Below are positions 10,027 through 18,401 of a stretch of DNA of 64,000 bases, one piece after another. Below the pieces are notes generated by a model. It worked only from the letters and a program-made list of their open reading frames with translations, made no database searches and was not told where the DNA came from. A program made the position numbers and the translations under genes. How positions within the stretch are numbered: the first letter of the stretch is position 1; each line of letters starts with the position of its first letter. Source of the stretch: Candidatus Hodarchaeota archaeon (GTDB lineage Archaea; Asgardarchaeota; Lokiarchaeia; Sigyniarchaeales; SOKP01); NCBI GenBank assembly GCA_048886685.1, contig JBHLKM010000019.1, positions 20,107 through 84,106 of the forward strand. Direction: 5' to 3'.

Positions 10027-10503
10027 TTAGGTAGGTTTTCTTTTCCAAATTTTTATCGATTCATATATAAACACTGAAGTACAAAAAATTATAAAAAATA
10101 GAAAAAGCAAGCTCGCAGGATTGGTAATAAATGTGTCACCATAAATCCATGCAAGAAATATATATCCTAAAACACCCAGAATATTAACAACTAAGTATAA
10201 AGAATACCGGGGTATCATAAAAGGTCCGAAACGAAAATAAAACCCTAATACACCCTTTTTTATACCTTCTTTCACGTAATATTTACCATCTTCGTCGTTT
10301 TTTGAAATAATCCCTGCTTTCATTAATTTATCTAATTGATAGGCTACCGTTCCAGAAGACACCATTTTTAATGCCTTTTGAATTTCCCGTACTCCCGCCT
10401 GATGATGAGTCAAAATGTACCAATAGATTTGGAGAGTCCTACCCTGCAATACTTTTTTTTTATTATCCTTTATCTTTTGTGCTTTTACATCAAGATCTGT
10501 CAT
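10027..10503 (-). CDS. Membrane-anchored winged-helix transcriptional regulator
   Basis: TLQIYWYIL...GVREIQKAL...SSGTVAYQLDKL..AGII wHTH followed by two hydrophobic helices. Start could be 10590. Confidence 0.8.
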   Translation of the reverse strand: MTDLDVKAQKIKDNKKKVLQGRTLQIYWYILTHHQAGVREIQKALKMVSSGTVAYQLDKLMKAGIISKNDEDGKYYVKEGIKKGVLGFYFRFGPFMIPRYSLYLVVNILGVLGYIFLAWIYGDTFITNPASLLFLFFIIFCTSVFIYESIKIWKRKPT

Positions 10504-10586
10504 TGCAAGTAAGGTATCATTTTTTGATTTCGATGATATAAATGTTATTCCTTTCCCTTCATTTTTAAACTTTCTTCTTACTGATT

Positions 10587-12236
10587 TCATAAGAACTCTA
10601 AGTCCTCTTGAGGTTTTCTAAACCTTTTATGATTTTTATATATTACAAAAACAGCAACTCCGATTATTGTGATAGAAATAATGAGAATAATTGGAAAGTA
10701 ATTTAATGATGGCGTAAGTGTACAAACATTATCTTGAATTACATTTCCTTGGCAATTCACTTCTATGATGCATTCCTGATTTCCTATTAATCTGTTTCCC
10801 GAAACGGTGTTATTATCACTTTCATATAATAATATCCCATATCTGTTGTAATTTGCGGTGTTTCCCGAAATGGTGTTATTATTACTCCCAGCTAAAATTA
10901 TCCCGTTTTCATTGAAATTTGCGGTGTTTCCCGAAATGGTGTTATTATTACTTGAAGAATTTATAAATATCCCAATTAGATTCCTATAAATTAGATTGTT
11001 TGAAACATTGTTATAGTTATCATTATATTTGAGAATAATTCCTTCAGCAAAATTATTATGTAGCTCGTTCCAAGTGATAATGTTATGATCTGAAAACTCG
11101 TATAAAACTATTCCTGAAAAGCATTCAAAGACATGGTTGTTTGAGACGTTGTTGTAATGGGCGGAATGAAATCCAATCCCTGTCCAACGTTCCCTAAAAA
11201 CTAGATTGCCTGATACCTCGTTATTGTTGGCTCCATCCCATAAGACAATTCCTCCTTCATTGTGATGAGCTATATTTTTAAGAATCGTGTTTTTATTCGA
11301 AAATCTGAGAGTTATTCCCAAGTTATTACTTGATATCGTGTTTTCCGAAATTGTATTATTATCACTTAGCGATAACCTTATCCCATCCCAGATATTGTTG
11401 CATGCTATGTTTCCCGAAATGGTGTTATTATCACTACCTGTTAAATATATCCCATTCCCGTTGTAATTTGTGGTGTTATTCAATAGGGTGTTATCATTGC
11501 AAATATCTTCTAAATATAGCCCGTACTGAACATTATTGTTGCATGTGTTTCCCGAAACGGTATTGTTAATACTATGATAATATAAATTTATCCCACGAAG
11601 GTTGTTATTTGCGATGTTTCCCGAAACTATGTTATAACTACTTGGAGATAAACATACCCCCTCCTCATTGTAATTTATTGTGTTTCCCAAAATGTTGTTA
11701 TAATTACTATCTTCTAAAACCATCCCATGATAAATGTTATTACTAGCGATATTTCCCGAGATGGTTATATAATTACTATATTTTAAAAAAATCCCTGCCC
11801 AATCGTTATTTGAAACATCATTATTGATTAAGGATCCATTACTAACTGATTGCAGCTTAATGCCAGCATCCCAATCATAATTAATATTATTATAAACTGT
11901 ACAATTCTCAATCTTAAAATGCACATCAGAATTTTCAATCAAAATGCCACTCCCCAAACCTCCGACATCTATTATCAAATCTTCTATAACATATGGATCG
12001 GAGTAAGTGCCATTCCCCGTACAATTTCCCGCACTTCTAAAAGCAGCCCATCCAGAATTATTGATGATATGAATTTTTCCCGATACTGCTGAGATTTTTA
12101 GATTTTCGTTATCTAAATTAATTACATCGCTGTTGCCCGTAATCAAATTTGGATTAACGGTAATCATTGGTGCTAAAGCGAAAAGGATTCCTATGGTGAT
12201 TAAAATTATTATTTTTGATTTTGCATTTAATTTCAT
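10587..12236 (-). CDS. NosD/CASH right-handed beta-helix surface protein with signal peptide and C-terminal TM anchor
   Basis: Many GI.L..S.NNTISGN repeats; GNGT.SDPY.I motif; GGTGA RBS supports the start at 12236. Confidence 0.88.
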   Translation of the reverse strand: MKLNAKSKIIILITIGILFALAPMITVNPNLITGNSDVINLDNENLKISAVSGKIHIINNSGWAAFRSAGNCTGNGTYSDPYVIEDLIIDVGGLGSGILIENSDVHFKIENCTVYNNINYDWDAGIKLQSVSNGSLINNDVSNNDWAGIFLKYSNYITISGNIASNNIYHGMVLEDSNYNNILGNTINYNEEGVCLSPSSYNIVSGNIANNNLRGINLYYHSINNTVSGNTCNNNVQYGLYLEDICNDNTLLNNTTNYNGNGIYLTGSDNNTISGNIACNNIWDGIRLSLSDNNTISENTISSNNLGITLRFSNKNTILKNIAHHNEGGIVLWDGANNNEVSGNLVFRERWTGIGFHSAHYNNVSNNHVFECFSGIVLYEFSDHNIITWNELHNNFAEGIILKYNDNYNNVSNNLIYRNLIGIFINSSSNNNTISGNTANFNENGIILAGSNNNTISGNTANYNRYGILLYESDNNTVSGNRLIGNQECIIEVNCQGNVIQDNVCTLTPSLNYFPIILIISITIIGVAVFVIYKNHKRFRKPQEDLEFL

Positions 12237-12330
12237 ATTGGTTTCACCATTATAATAAATTTTTTTTGGATGCGATTTTGCTTTAGTTTCTCCAAAATTT
12301 GATTTGTGAGATAAATTGGTCAAATATTTA

Positions 12331-12389
12331 ATTATTCTCATATCTTAAAAAAGTATTTTTTGAACATTCTGTTCAGAGATTTGAACAAT
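12331..12389 (-). promoter_or_regulatory. Duplicated promoter/operator block, copy 1 (TGAACA-N3-TGTTCA palindrome next to a TATA-like box)
   Basis: 59 bp with 3 mismatches to 13945-14003; upstream of the NosD gene. Confidence 0.75.
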
Positions 12390-12625
12390 TTAAAACGCAC
12401 CACTCGCATTTAATATATGATTAGCCATGTCTTGATCACAAACCATTACAAAAAATAAAGAGATTTTAAAAATAGAGCTAGTAATTTCCTATTTGTCTTA
12501 GACATTGTCTACCTCTAAAATACAAAAACAGACATTGATTTTAATCCTGATATCTAAATAATAAAAAATAAAAAAAATTTAAAAAAAAAAAATAGGTTTG
12601 TGGAACAACCCCATTCTAGAAGAAA

Positions 12626-13903
12626 TTATTTATGATATTTTTTCTTTAGGGATATTGCTGTTATCGTTGTTATCACACCAATTACACTAATAAACAGTAA
12701 TAAATCATAACTAGAAATTGCTGGTTTTTCTTCTTTTTCGCCATATTTCACTAAAAATATATCCAAACCTCCCTCCCCGAAACTAAATGTGCCTCCAGTA
12801 AGATACACATTGTCAGACGAATCCACTGCCATTCCCCAGCTCGCATCTATATTACTTCCGCCCCATGTGCGATACCATTGCCACACACCAGAACTGTCAT
12901 AGTTCACCAGAACCATATCCTTATCTCCCGCCCCGAAACTTTCTGTGTATCCACCAAGATACACATTGTCAGACGAATCCACTGCCACTTGATATCCTTC
13001 ATCAGCTAAAGTTCCGCCCCATGTGCGATTCCACTGCTGCTCGCCGTTTCCATCATATTTCACCAGAACCATATCCCAAGACATCGCCCCGAAATTATGT
13101 GTTCTTCCCCCAAGATACACATTGTCAGACGAATCCAATGCCACTCCCGTGCTGGTATCATCAAAAATTCCGCCCCATGTACGATTCCATTGCTGCACGC
13201 CGTTTCCATTATATTTCACTAGAGCCATCTCCATACCTCCCTCCCCGAAACTATTTGTTCTTGCTGCAAGATACACATTGTCAGACGAATCCACTGCCAC
13301 TTCCCAGCCGGCATCTTCATCAGTTCCGCCCCATGTGCGATTCCATTGCTGCACACCAAAACTGTCATATTTCACCAGAACCATATCCATAGATCCCTCC
13401 CCGAAACTAATTGTCCATCCCCCGAGATACACGTTGTCAGACGAATCCACTGCCACTCCCCAGCTCTCATCCGCATTACTTCCGCCCCATGTGAGATTCC
13501 ATTGCTGCACGCCAGAACTATCATATTTCACCAGAACCATATCAAAATTTCCCTCCCCAAAACTATTTGTTCTTCCCGCAAGATACACATTGTCAGACGA
13601 ATCCACTGCCACCCCTCCACTACCGCCATCAACACCAATCCCGCCCCATGTGCGATTCCATTGCTGCACGCCGTTTCCATCATATTTCACCAGAACCATA
13701 TCCTCATCTCCCTCCCCGAAACTATCTGTCCATCCCGAAAAATACACATTGTCAGACGAATCAAATGCGATTTCCGTGCCACTATCAACACCAGTCCCGC
13801 CCCATGTGCGATACCACTTAACCGCAACTGAATTGCCTTGTACGATGATGCTAAAATACAAGATTAATATTAATACCATTAAAAAGATCTTTCTATTTTT
13901 CAT
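12626..13903 (-). CDS. SBBP-type seven-bladed beta-propeller surface protein with Loki-CTERM-like anchor
   Basis: Seven ~52 aa repeats (W.RTWGG...D....VAVDSSDNVYL.G.T.SFG.G..DMVLVKY), signal peptide, ISSY-hydrophobic-KKK tail. Confidence 0.9.
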   Translation of the reverse strand: MKNRKIFLMVLILILYFSIIVQGNSVAVKWYRTWGGTGVDSGTEIAFDSSDNVYFSGWTDSFGEGDEDMVLVKYDGNGVQQWNRTWGGIGVDGGSGGVAVDSSDNVYLAGRTNSFGEGNFDMVLVKYDSSGVQQWNLTWGGSNADESWGVAVDSSDNVYLGGWTISFGEGSMDMVLVKYDSFGVQQWNRTWGGTDEDAGWEVAVDSSDNVYLAARTNSFGEGGMEMALVKYNGNGVQQWNRTWGGIFDDTSTGVALDSSDNVYLGGRTHNFGAMSWDMVLVKYDGNGEQQWNRTWGGTLADEGYQVAVDSSDNVYLGGYTESFGAGDKDMVLVNYDSSGVWQWYRTWGGSNIDASWGMAVDSSDNVYLTGGTFSFGEGGLDIFLVKYGEKEEKPAISSYDLLLFISVIGVITTITAISLKKKYHK

Positions 13904-13944
13904 TTTTCCTACCTTTTTGTATATATATATGTGTTAAAAAATTG

Positions 13945-14003
13945 ATTATTCTAACATCTTAAAAAAGTATTTTTTGAACACTCTGTTCAGAGATTTGAAC
14001 AAT
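13945..14003 (-). promoter_or_regulatory. Duplicated promoter/operator block, copy 2
   Basis: attattctaacatcttaaaaaagtattttttgaacactctgttcagagatttgaacaat; upstream of the SBBP gene. Confidence 0.75.
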
Positions 14004-14246
14004 GCAAAATTGTCTTATATTTTGTGGTAAACAATGGTGTTTTTAAGCAGAGAAAGGTGCTTCCTTTTATTTCAATAAAACTATATGTAATTTTTTATAA
14101 ATTAAGGTATAATTTATTAAAGTCTTGCATTAGTTAATTCTTTTGAAATTGATTTAGATATCATACTACAGTTTTTAGCTTATGGATTAAAATTAAAGAA
14201 ATTGTGTTTTCTCATAAGCATTTTGGCTAAAATTTAACCATTTCAA

Positions 14247-14720
14247 TCAAGGAATGATTATCGTGGGATCTTCCTTAATTCTATCCAAAACCAGTTGGGT
14301 TTTTACTTCTTCTACTTCAGGAAGGTTTCGAAGATTTTCAATAAGATCCATAGAATCTTCATGGTCTAAGCACTTAGCCATAATAAAGATTGGGTAATCA
14401 CCAGTTATGATATAAGCAAACTTTATTCTTTGCATCCTTTCAATTTCTTCCTTGATCTGCTCCAAAGGACGTCTTGAATTCACTCGAAGGGATGCCATTA
14501 CCATTTCTCTATAACCCAATTTACTACAATCTATTAGCGCGATGTATTTCTTAATTAATTCTCTTTCTAGCCTCTGGATACGTGATCTCACCGCAGTTTG
14601 ACTTTTATCGGTCCTATCTGCGATTTCTCTAATTGTTAATTTTGCATTTTCTTGAAGTAATTCAAGGATTTGTTTATCTGTACTGTCAATAGTTCCATTT
14701 GTTGAGTTAACTGCTACCAT
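14247..14720 (-). CDS. Lrp/AsnC family transcriptional regulator
   Basis: IDSTDKQILELLQENAK...EIA...S..AVRSRIQRLE HTH, and RAM domain ITGDYP. Confidence 0.92.
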   Translation of the reverse strand: MVAVNSTNGTIDSTDKQILELLQENAKLTIREIADRTDKSQTAVRSRIQRLERELIKKYIALIDCSKLGYREMVMASLRVNSRRPLEQIKEEIERMQRIKFAYIITGDYPIFIMAKCLDHEDSMDLIENLRNLPEVEEVKTQLVLDRIKEDPTIIIP

Positions 14721-14974
14721 TCTATAATACCTAACAAATATAATTTCTATTTTTTGTTCTTATTATAAATAATAAATTGCAAATTTATAATTTTTTATAC
14801 TAATCTTTTTGATTTATATAGTGATATTTGCTAAATAAACCTGTAGTTTATAGCTTAAAAAACTATGATTTAAATACTAGATAATATTTTTATTCTACAA
14901 TGAATGTCATCTATAGTAAAAAGTGACATTAGTAACAAAAAAAAAAATAAAAAAAACTAAAAAGGTTGAAAAAA

Positions 14975-15205
14975 ATGGCTGAATTAACATTAACATTTGA
15001 TTTTACAGGATTGAGATGTCCTATGCCGGTTTTAAAGACGAAAAAGGAATTAAAGAACTTAAATCCTGGTGATGTTATTGAGGTTATTGCTGATGACGTT
15101 GGAGCGAAAAAAGACATTCCAGCTATGTTAAATAAGACTGGGAATGAATTAATTGAACTCAGAGAAGACAACGGGAATTTAATTTTTGTAATCAAGAAGG
15201 CTTAA
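14975..15205 (+). CDS. tusA: TusA/SirA sulfur-carrier protein
   Basis: D.TGLRCPMPVL motif, V.ADD.GA..DIP. Confidence 0.92.
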   Translation: MAELTLTFDFTGLRCPMPVLKTKKELKNLNPGDVIEVIADDVGAKKDIPAMLNKTGNELIELREDNGNLIFVIKKA

Positions 15206-15234
15206 AGCATATAAATAGGAGTTTATTGAGCAGT

Positions 15235-15603
15235 ATGTCGAAATATGTTTTCTTTATTAGCACTGAACCATACAAGTACCAGGCTGTCGATTCATTAATA
15301 GAAATTGGTAAAGCAGCACTAAGAAAGGGGCATGAAATCATGGGTATATTTTTCTTTGGCACAGGAGTATATAATCTTAAAAAGGATATTAGCTGCGGAT
15401 CGTCTATTCGCAACATCCCAGAAAAGATTGAGAAATTTAGCAAGGAAAATAATATTCCAGTAGCAGGTTGTAGTACTTGGGTGAGTATAACAGGATTAAA
15501 AGAACCAGAATTCATTGAGGGAGCAACTGAAGAGGGATTAGGAGATTTTTCTAACTGGGCAATTGAAGCTGATAAATTATTAGTATTTGGAACAGGAGGG
15601 TAA
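15235..15603 (+). CDS. DsrE/TusD family sulfurtransferase
   Basis: EPY, AAL.KGH.I.GIFFFGTGV, active-site-position Cys (AGCST), GLG.F. Confidence 0.82.
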   Translation: MSKYVFFISTEPYKYQAVDSLIEIGKAALRKGHEIMGIFFFGTGVYNLKKDISCGSSIRNIPEKIEKFSKENNIPVAGCSTWVSITGLKEPEFIEGATEEGLGDFSNWAIEADKLLVFGTGG

Positions 15604-15607
15604 AATT

Positions 15608-15976
15608 ATGATAAATTCAGTAGTAGTAATAAGTGATCAATCACCTATAGGGAGAAATTCGGCAATCGAGGCAATTAGAATAGGCTCAGGATTTACTGCC
15701 CTTGGAGAGTATATTGACTGTAAAGTTGTATTGACTGGTGATGCGGTGTATTTATTTAATAAGTTTTGTAATCCTGAAGCAGTTGGGATGGATCCATTGA
15801 CCGAAGTATTAGAAATGGCTGATTTATCTGATTTAGAAGTGTATATTATTGAATCTGCATTAACCGAGGCCGGATTATCAAAAGACGACCTAATTGAATA
15901 TGAAAACCTGAAATTCATCGATTATGATGGTTTAACAGAATTAATAGCAGAAGCAGATACAACATTTAGATTTTAG
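15608..15976 (+). CDS. DsrF/TusC family protein
   Basis: SP.G...A.EA, V.LTGDAVY, SAL.E.GL, and C-terminal AD...RF. Confidence 0.78.
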   Translation: MINSVVVISDQSPIGRNSAIEAIRIGSGFTALGEYIDCKVVLTGDAVYLFNKFCNPEAVGMDPLTEVLEMADLSDLEVYIIESALTEAGLSKDDLIEYENLKFIDYDGLTELIAEADTTFRF

Positions 15977-15991
15977 AGGAGATGAATAAAA

Positions 15992-16333
15992 ATGCCAGAA
16001 AATCTTGAATTAGTATATTTGTTTGGATTTAGCGAGTTAACAGGTAGTCATTTGAGAAGATTACTCCCTATTTTAAAAAGTCAAATCAAAAAGAATACAA
16101 AACTTGGATTAGTCTTGATTCACGATGGAGTTATAGGCATAACAACGAAGGGAAAAATACCAAAAAAAATTGAAGAACTCCTTAGTTTAGACGTGAAGGT
16201 ATTTGCTATGAAGCCGGATATAATAGCACGCGGAATTGCGCAGGAGTACATTAACGATAAAATTAAAGCTATAGAATATGATGATCTTATAGATATAATT
16301 GATGCTACACCAAAAATTATATCATGGATGTAA
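15992..16333 (+). CDS. DsrH/TusB family protein
   Basis: LVLIHDGV, VFAM..D..ARGI, I.YDDL.D, ISW motifs. Confidence 0.82.
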   Translation: MPENLELVYLFGFSELTGSHLRRLLPILKSQIKKNTKLGLVLIHDGVIGITTKGKIPKKIEELLSLDVKVFAMKPDIIARGIAQEYINDKIKAIEYDDLIDIIDATPKIISWM

Positions 16334-16443
16334 TTAGAATCATAAAAATTAAAAAGTAAAAGATTTTTAAAAAAGTCTGGGTAAGACCAGGAAAATAATA
16401 AACAAAAAATAAAGGAAATTTCCTAAAAAAATAAAATAAGAAG

Positions 16444-16875
16444 GTGGTATATGTGGCAGAAAACGGAACAATAAATTTTATTGTAAAGGATAAATCATTC
16501 GAGAAATTCGCAATGATGATGATCCTTGGCACAACGGGAGACGCTATGGATATTAAAATGAATTTTTTCTTTACCTTTTGGGGTTTAGAACTTTTGAAAA
16601 AGGGTAAAAAACCAAAAGTTGCAGGCATGCCTTTTCCAATGAAAGGTATGGCAGCAAAGATGTTTACCAAAAGGTTGAAGAAGTTTGGAATTGAAGATCC
16701 ATGGGGTTTGATAAAAGAGGCTATTGATAATGGAAATATGAAGTTATATCCATGTGAAATGACCATGCAATTGATGGGAATTAAACATAAGGATATAATC
16801 GAGATTGCTGAAGAACCTGTTGGTGCTGCTACATTCTTAGAAATGAGTGATGGTGGAAGAATAGTTAGTTTATAA
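16444..16875 (+). CDS. DsrE2 (DrsE_2)-type sulfurtransferase
   Basis: FFFTFWGL, YPCEMTMQLMGI, VGAATFL. Confidence 0.85.
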   Translation: MVYVAENGTINFIVKDKSFEKFAMMMILGTTGDAMDIKMNFFFTFWGLELLKKGKKPKVAGMPFPMKGMAAKMFTKRLKKFGIEDPWGLIKEAIDNGNMKLYPCEMTMQLMGIKHKDIIEIAEEPVGAATFLEMSDGGRIVSL

Positions 16876-16927
16876 ATTTTAAACAAATTTTTTTTTTATT
16901 TTATATTTCAAAAAAGGTGATGATAAA

Positions 16928-17479
16928 ACGTCTGATGTAGAGGAACAAGCAAGGGAATATAAAACAGACGAAGATTTTGATAATGAATTTTTTAAAAATA
17001 TTGAAAGAAGGTCTAATATTTGGCAGTGCATCCAATGTGGAACTTGTACAGCAAGTTGCGAAAGTGGTAGATGGACTGCCCTAAAAACTCGATCTATAAT
17101 TAGAAAAGTTGTTTTAGGAGATTTATCAGTATTAAAAAATCCAGATATCTGGCTCTGTACTACATGTTATCAATGTTATGAACGATGTCCTCGTGATGTG
17201 AGACCTACAGATGTTATTATGGAGTTGCGTAATTATGCGACTAAATTAGGAAATATTTCTCCTAATCATCGAGCTGTTGTAGGTTATCTGAAAAATTTTG
17301 GACACGCAGTTCCAATAAATGATGAAGTAAAACAACGAAGAGTTAAATTAGGATTAGAAGAACTACCGCCTACTGCGTTTAAATTCAAGCAGGAGGGGGA
17401 TGATAAAGATTTAAAAAATATCGAAGAAAAAATGTTTGATTTACCTCCAGTTAAGGAGGAAAAAGAGGAAGAGGCGTAA
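16928..17479 (+). CDS. hdrC: Heterodisulfide reductase subunit C (183 aa; apparent ACG start)
   Basis: The frame of the 17198 ORF is open upstream and contains CIQCGTCTASC and IWLCTTCYQCYERCPR; AGGTGA RBS 7 nt before ACG. Confidence 0.88.
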   Translation, partial: TSDVEEQAREYKTDEDFDNEFFKNIERRSNIWQCIQCGTCTASCESGRWTALKTRSIIRKVVLGDLSVLKNPDIWLCTTCYQCYERCPRDVRPTDVIMELRNYATKLGNISPNHRAVVGYLKNFGHAVPINDEVKQRRVKLGLEELPPTAFKFKQEGDDKDLKNIEEKMFDLPPVKEEKEEEA

Positions 17480-17482
17480 AAA

Positions 17483-18400
17483 ATGTTAAAGGAAAATACA
17501 TTTGCTTTCTTTTTAGGATGTTTGATGCCAAATCGATATCCTGCAATTGAAAAATCAACGAAATTTGTTATGGAAAAATTAGGTTATGAACTCTTAGATA
17601 TGGAGAGAGCAACCTGTTGTCCAGCTCCAGGAGTATTTCGATCATTTAATAAGATTGATTGGATGGTTCTCGCTGCAAGAAACCTATGTATCGCAGAACA
17701 ATTGGATGCTGATATTCTAACAGTATGTAATGGTTGTTTTGGTACGCTTCAAGAAGTTAATAAACATTTGAAAGAAAATGAAGAGCATAGAAATATGGTT
17801 AATGAGAGATTGAAAGAAATTGGAGATTATGAATTTCAGGGAACTATTGATGTAAGACACGTTGCGGAAGTATTAGGATATGAAGTTGGGCCATGGGGAA
17901 TTGAAGATGTAATAGTAAGAAAAGTCAATGCACGAGTAGCAATTCATTATGGTTGTCATTTCTTAAAACCAACAAGAATAAGAGAAATTGAAAGCTCTGA
18001 GGGACCTACTATTATAGAAGAATTCGTAGAAGTATTAGGGATAGAATCCGTGAGATTTAAAGAACAGCTAACTTGCTGTGGTGCTGGCGGTGGAGTAAAA
18101 GCCTATGATGGAACAGCAAGTATGACTATTTTCGGTGAAAAAATGAAGAATATTGATGAGGTTAAACCTGATTTTATACTTGATATCTGTCCATTTTGTC
18201 ATTTACAATACGAGACAGGTCAAGATTATCTAAATAAAAATAAGAATTGTAATTATGATTATCCAGTAATTCACATCTCCCAACTTGTTGCCTATTGTAT
18301 GGGGATGGACCAAGAATTTATTGGTCTTCAGTATCAATTAATGGGCAGAGATTTTATTTTTGGGGGAGAAAAATTAGAAAAAGAGGAGGAGGTCGTTTAA
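17483..18400 (+). CDS. hdrB: Heterodisulfide reductase subunit B
   Basis: FLGC.MPNRYP, TCCPAPG, CNGC, HYGCH, CCGAGGG, CPFCHLQ (two CCG domains). Confidence 0.95.
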   Translation: MLKENTFAFFLGCLMPNRYPAIEKSTKFVMEKLGYELLDMERATCCPAPGVFRSFNKIDWMVLAARNLCIAEQLDADILTVCNGCFGTLQEVNKHLKENEEHRNMVNERLKEIGDYEFQGTIDVRHVAEVLGYEVGPWGIEDVIVRKVNARVAIHYGCHFLKPTRIREIESSEGPTIIEEFVEVLGIESVRFKEQLTCCGAGGGVKAYDGTASMTIFGEKMKNIDEVKPDFILDICPFCHLQYETGQDYLNKNKNCNYDYPVIHISQLVAYCMGMDQEFIGLQYQLMGRDFIFGGEKLEKEEEVV

Positions 18401-18401
18401 C

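Larger units (their letters stand above)
9808..14348. mobile_element. Putative 4.4 kb islet inserted at the 3' end of lrp (no recombinase in window)
   Basis: Bounded by the two versions of the lrp 3' end; cargo is a regulator and two surface proteins. Confidence 0.55.

Noticed and set aside
12745-13820. Regular ~156 nt repeats as a CRISPR array or DGR
   Set aside because: They are in-frame coding repeats; there are no cas genes, reverse transcriptase or adenine-specific template/variable pair.
12865-13937. Several long + strand ORFs (up to 304 aa) with repeats
   Set aside because: Antisense shadows of the repetitive, GC-richer SBBP gene.
17198-17479. 93 aa ORF as a standalone gene, or hdrC as a frameshifted pseudogene
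   Set aside because: It is the in-frame C-terminal half of hdrC, with no stop or frameshift.
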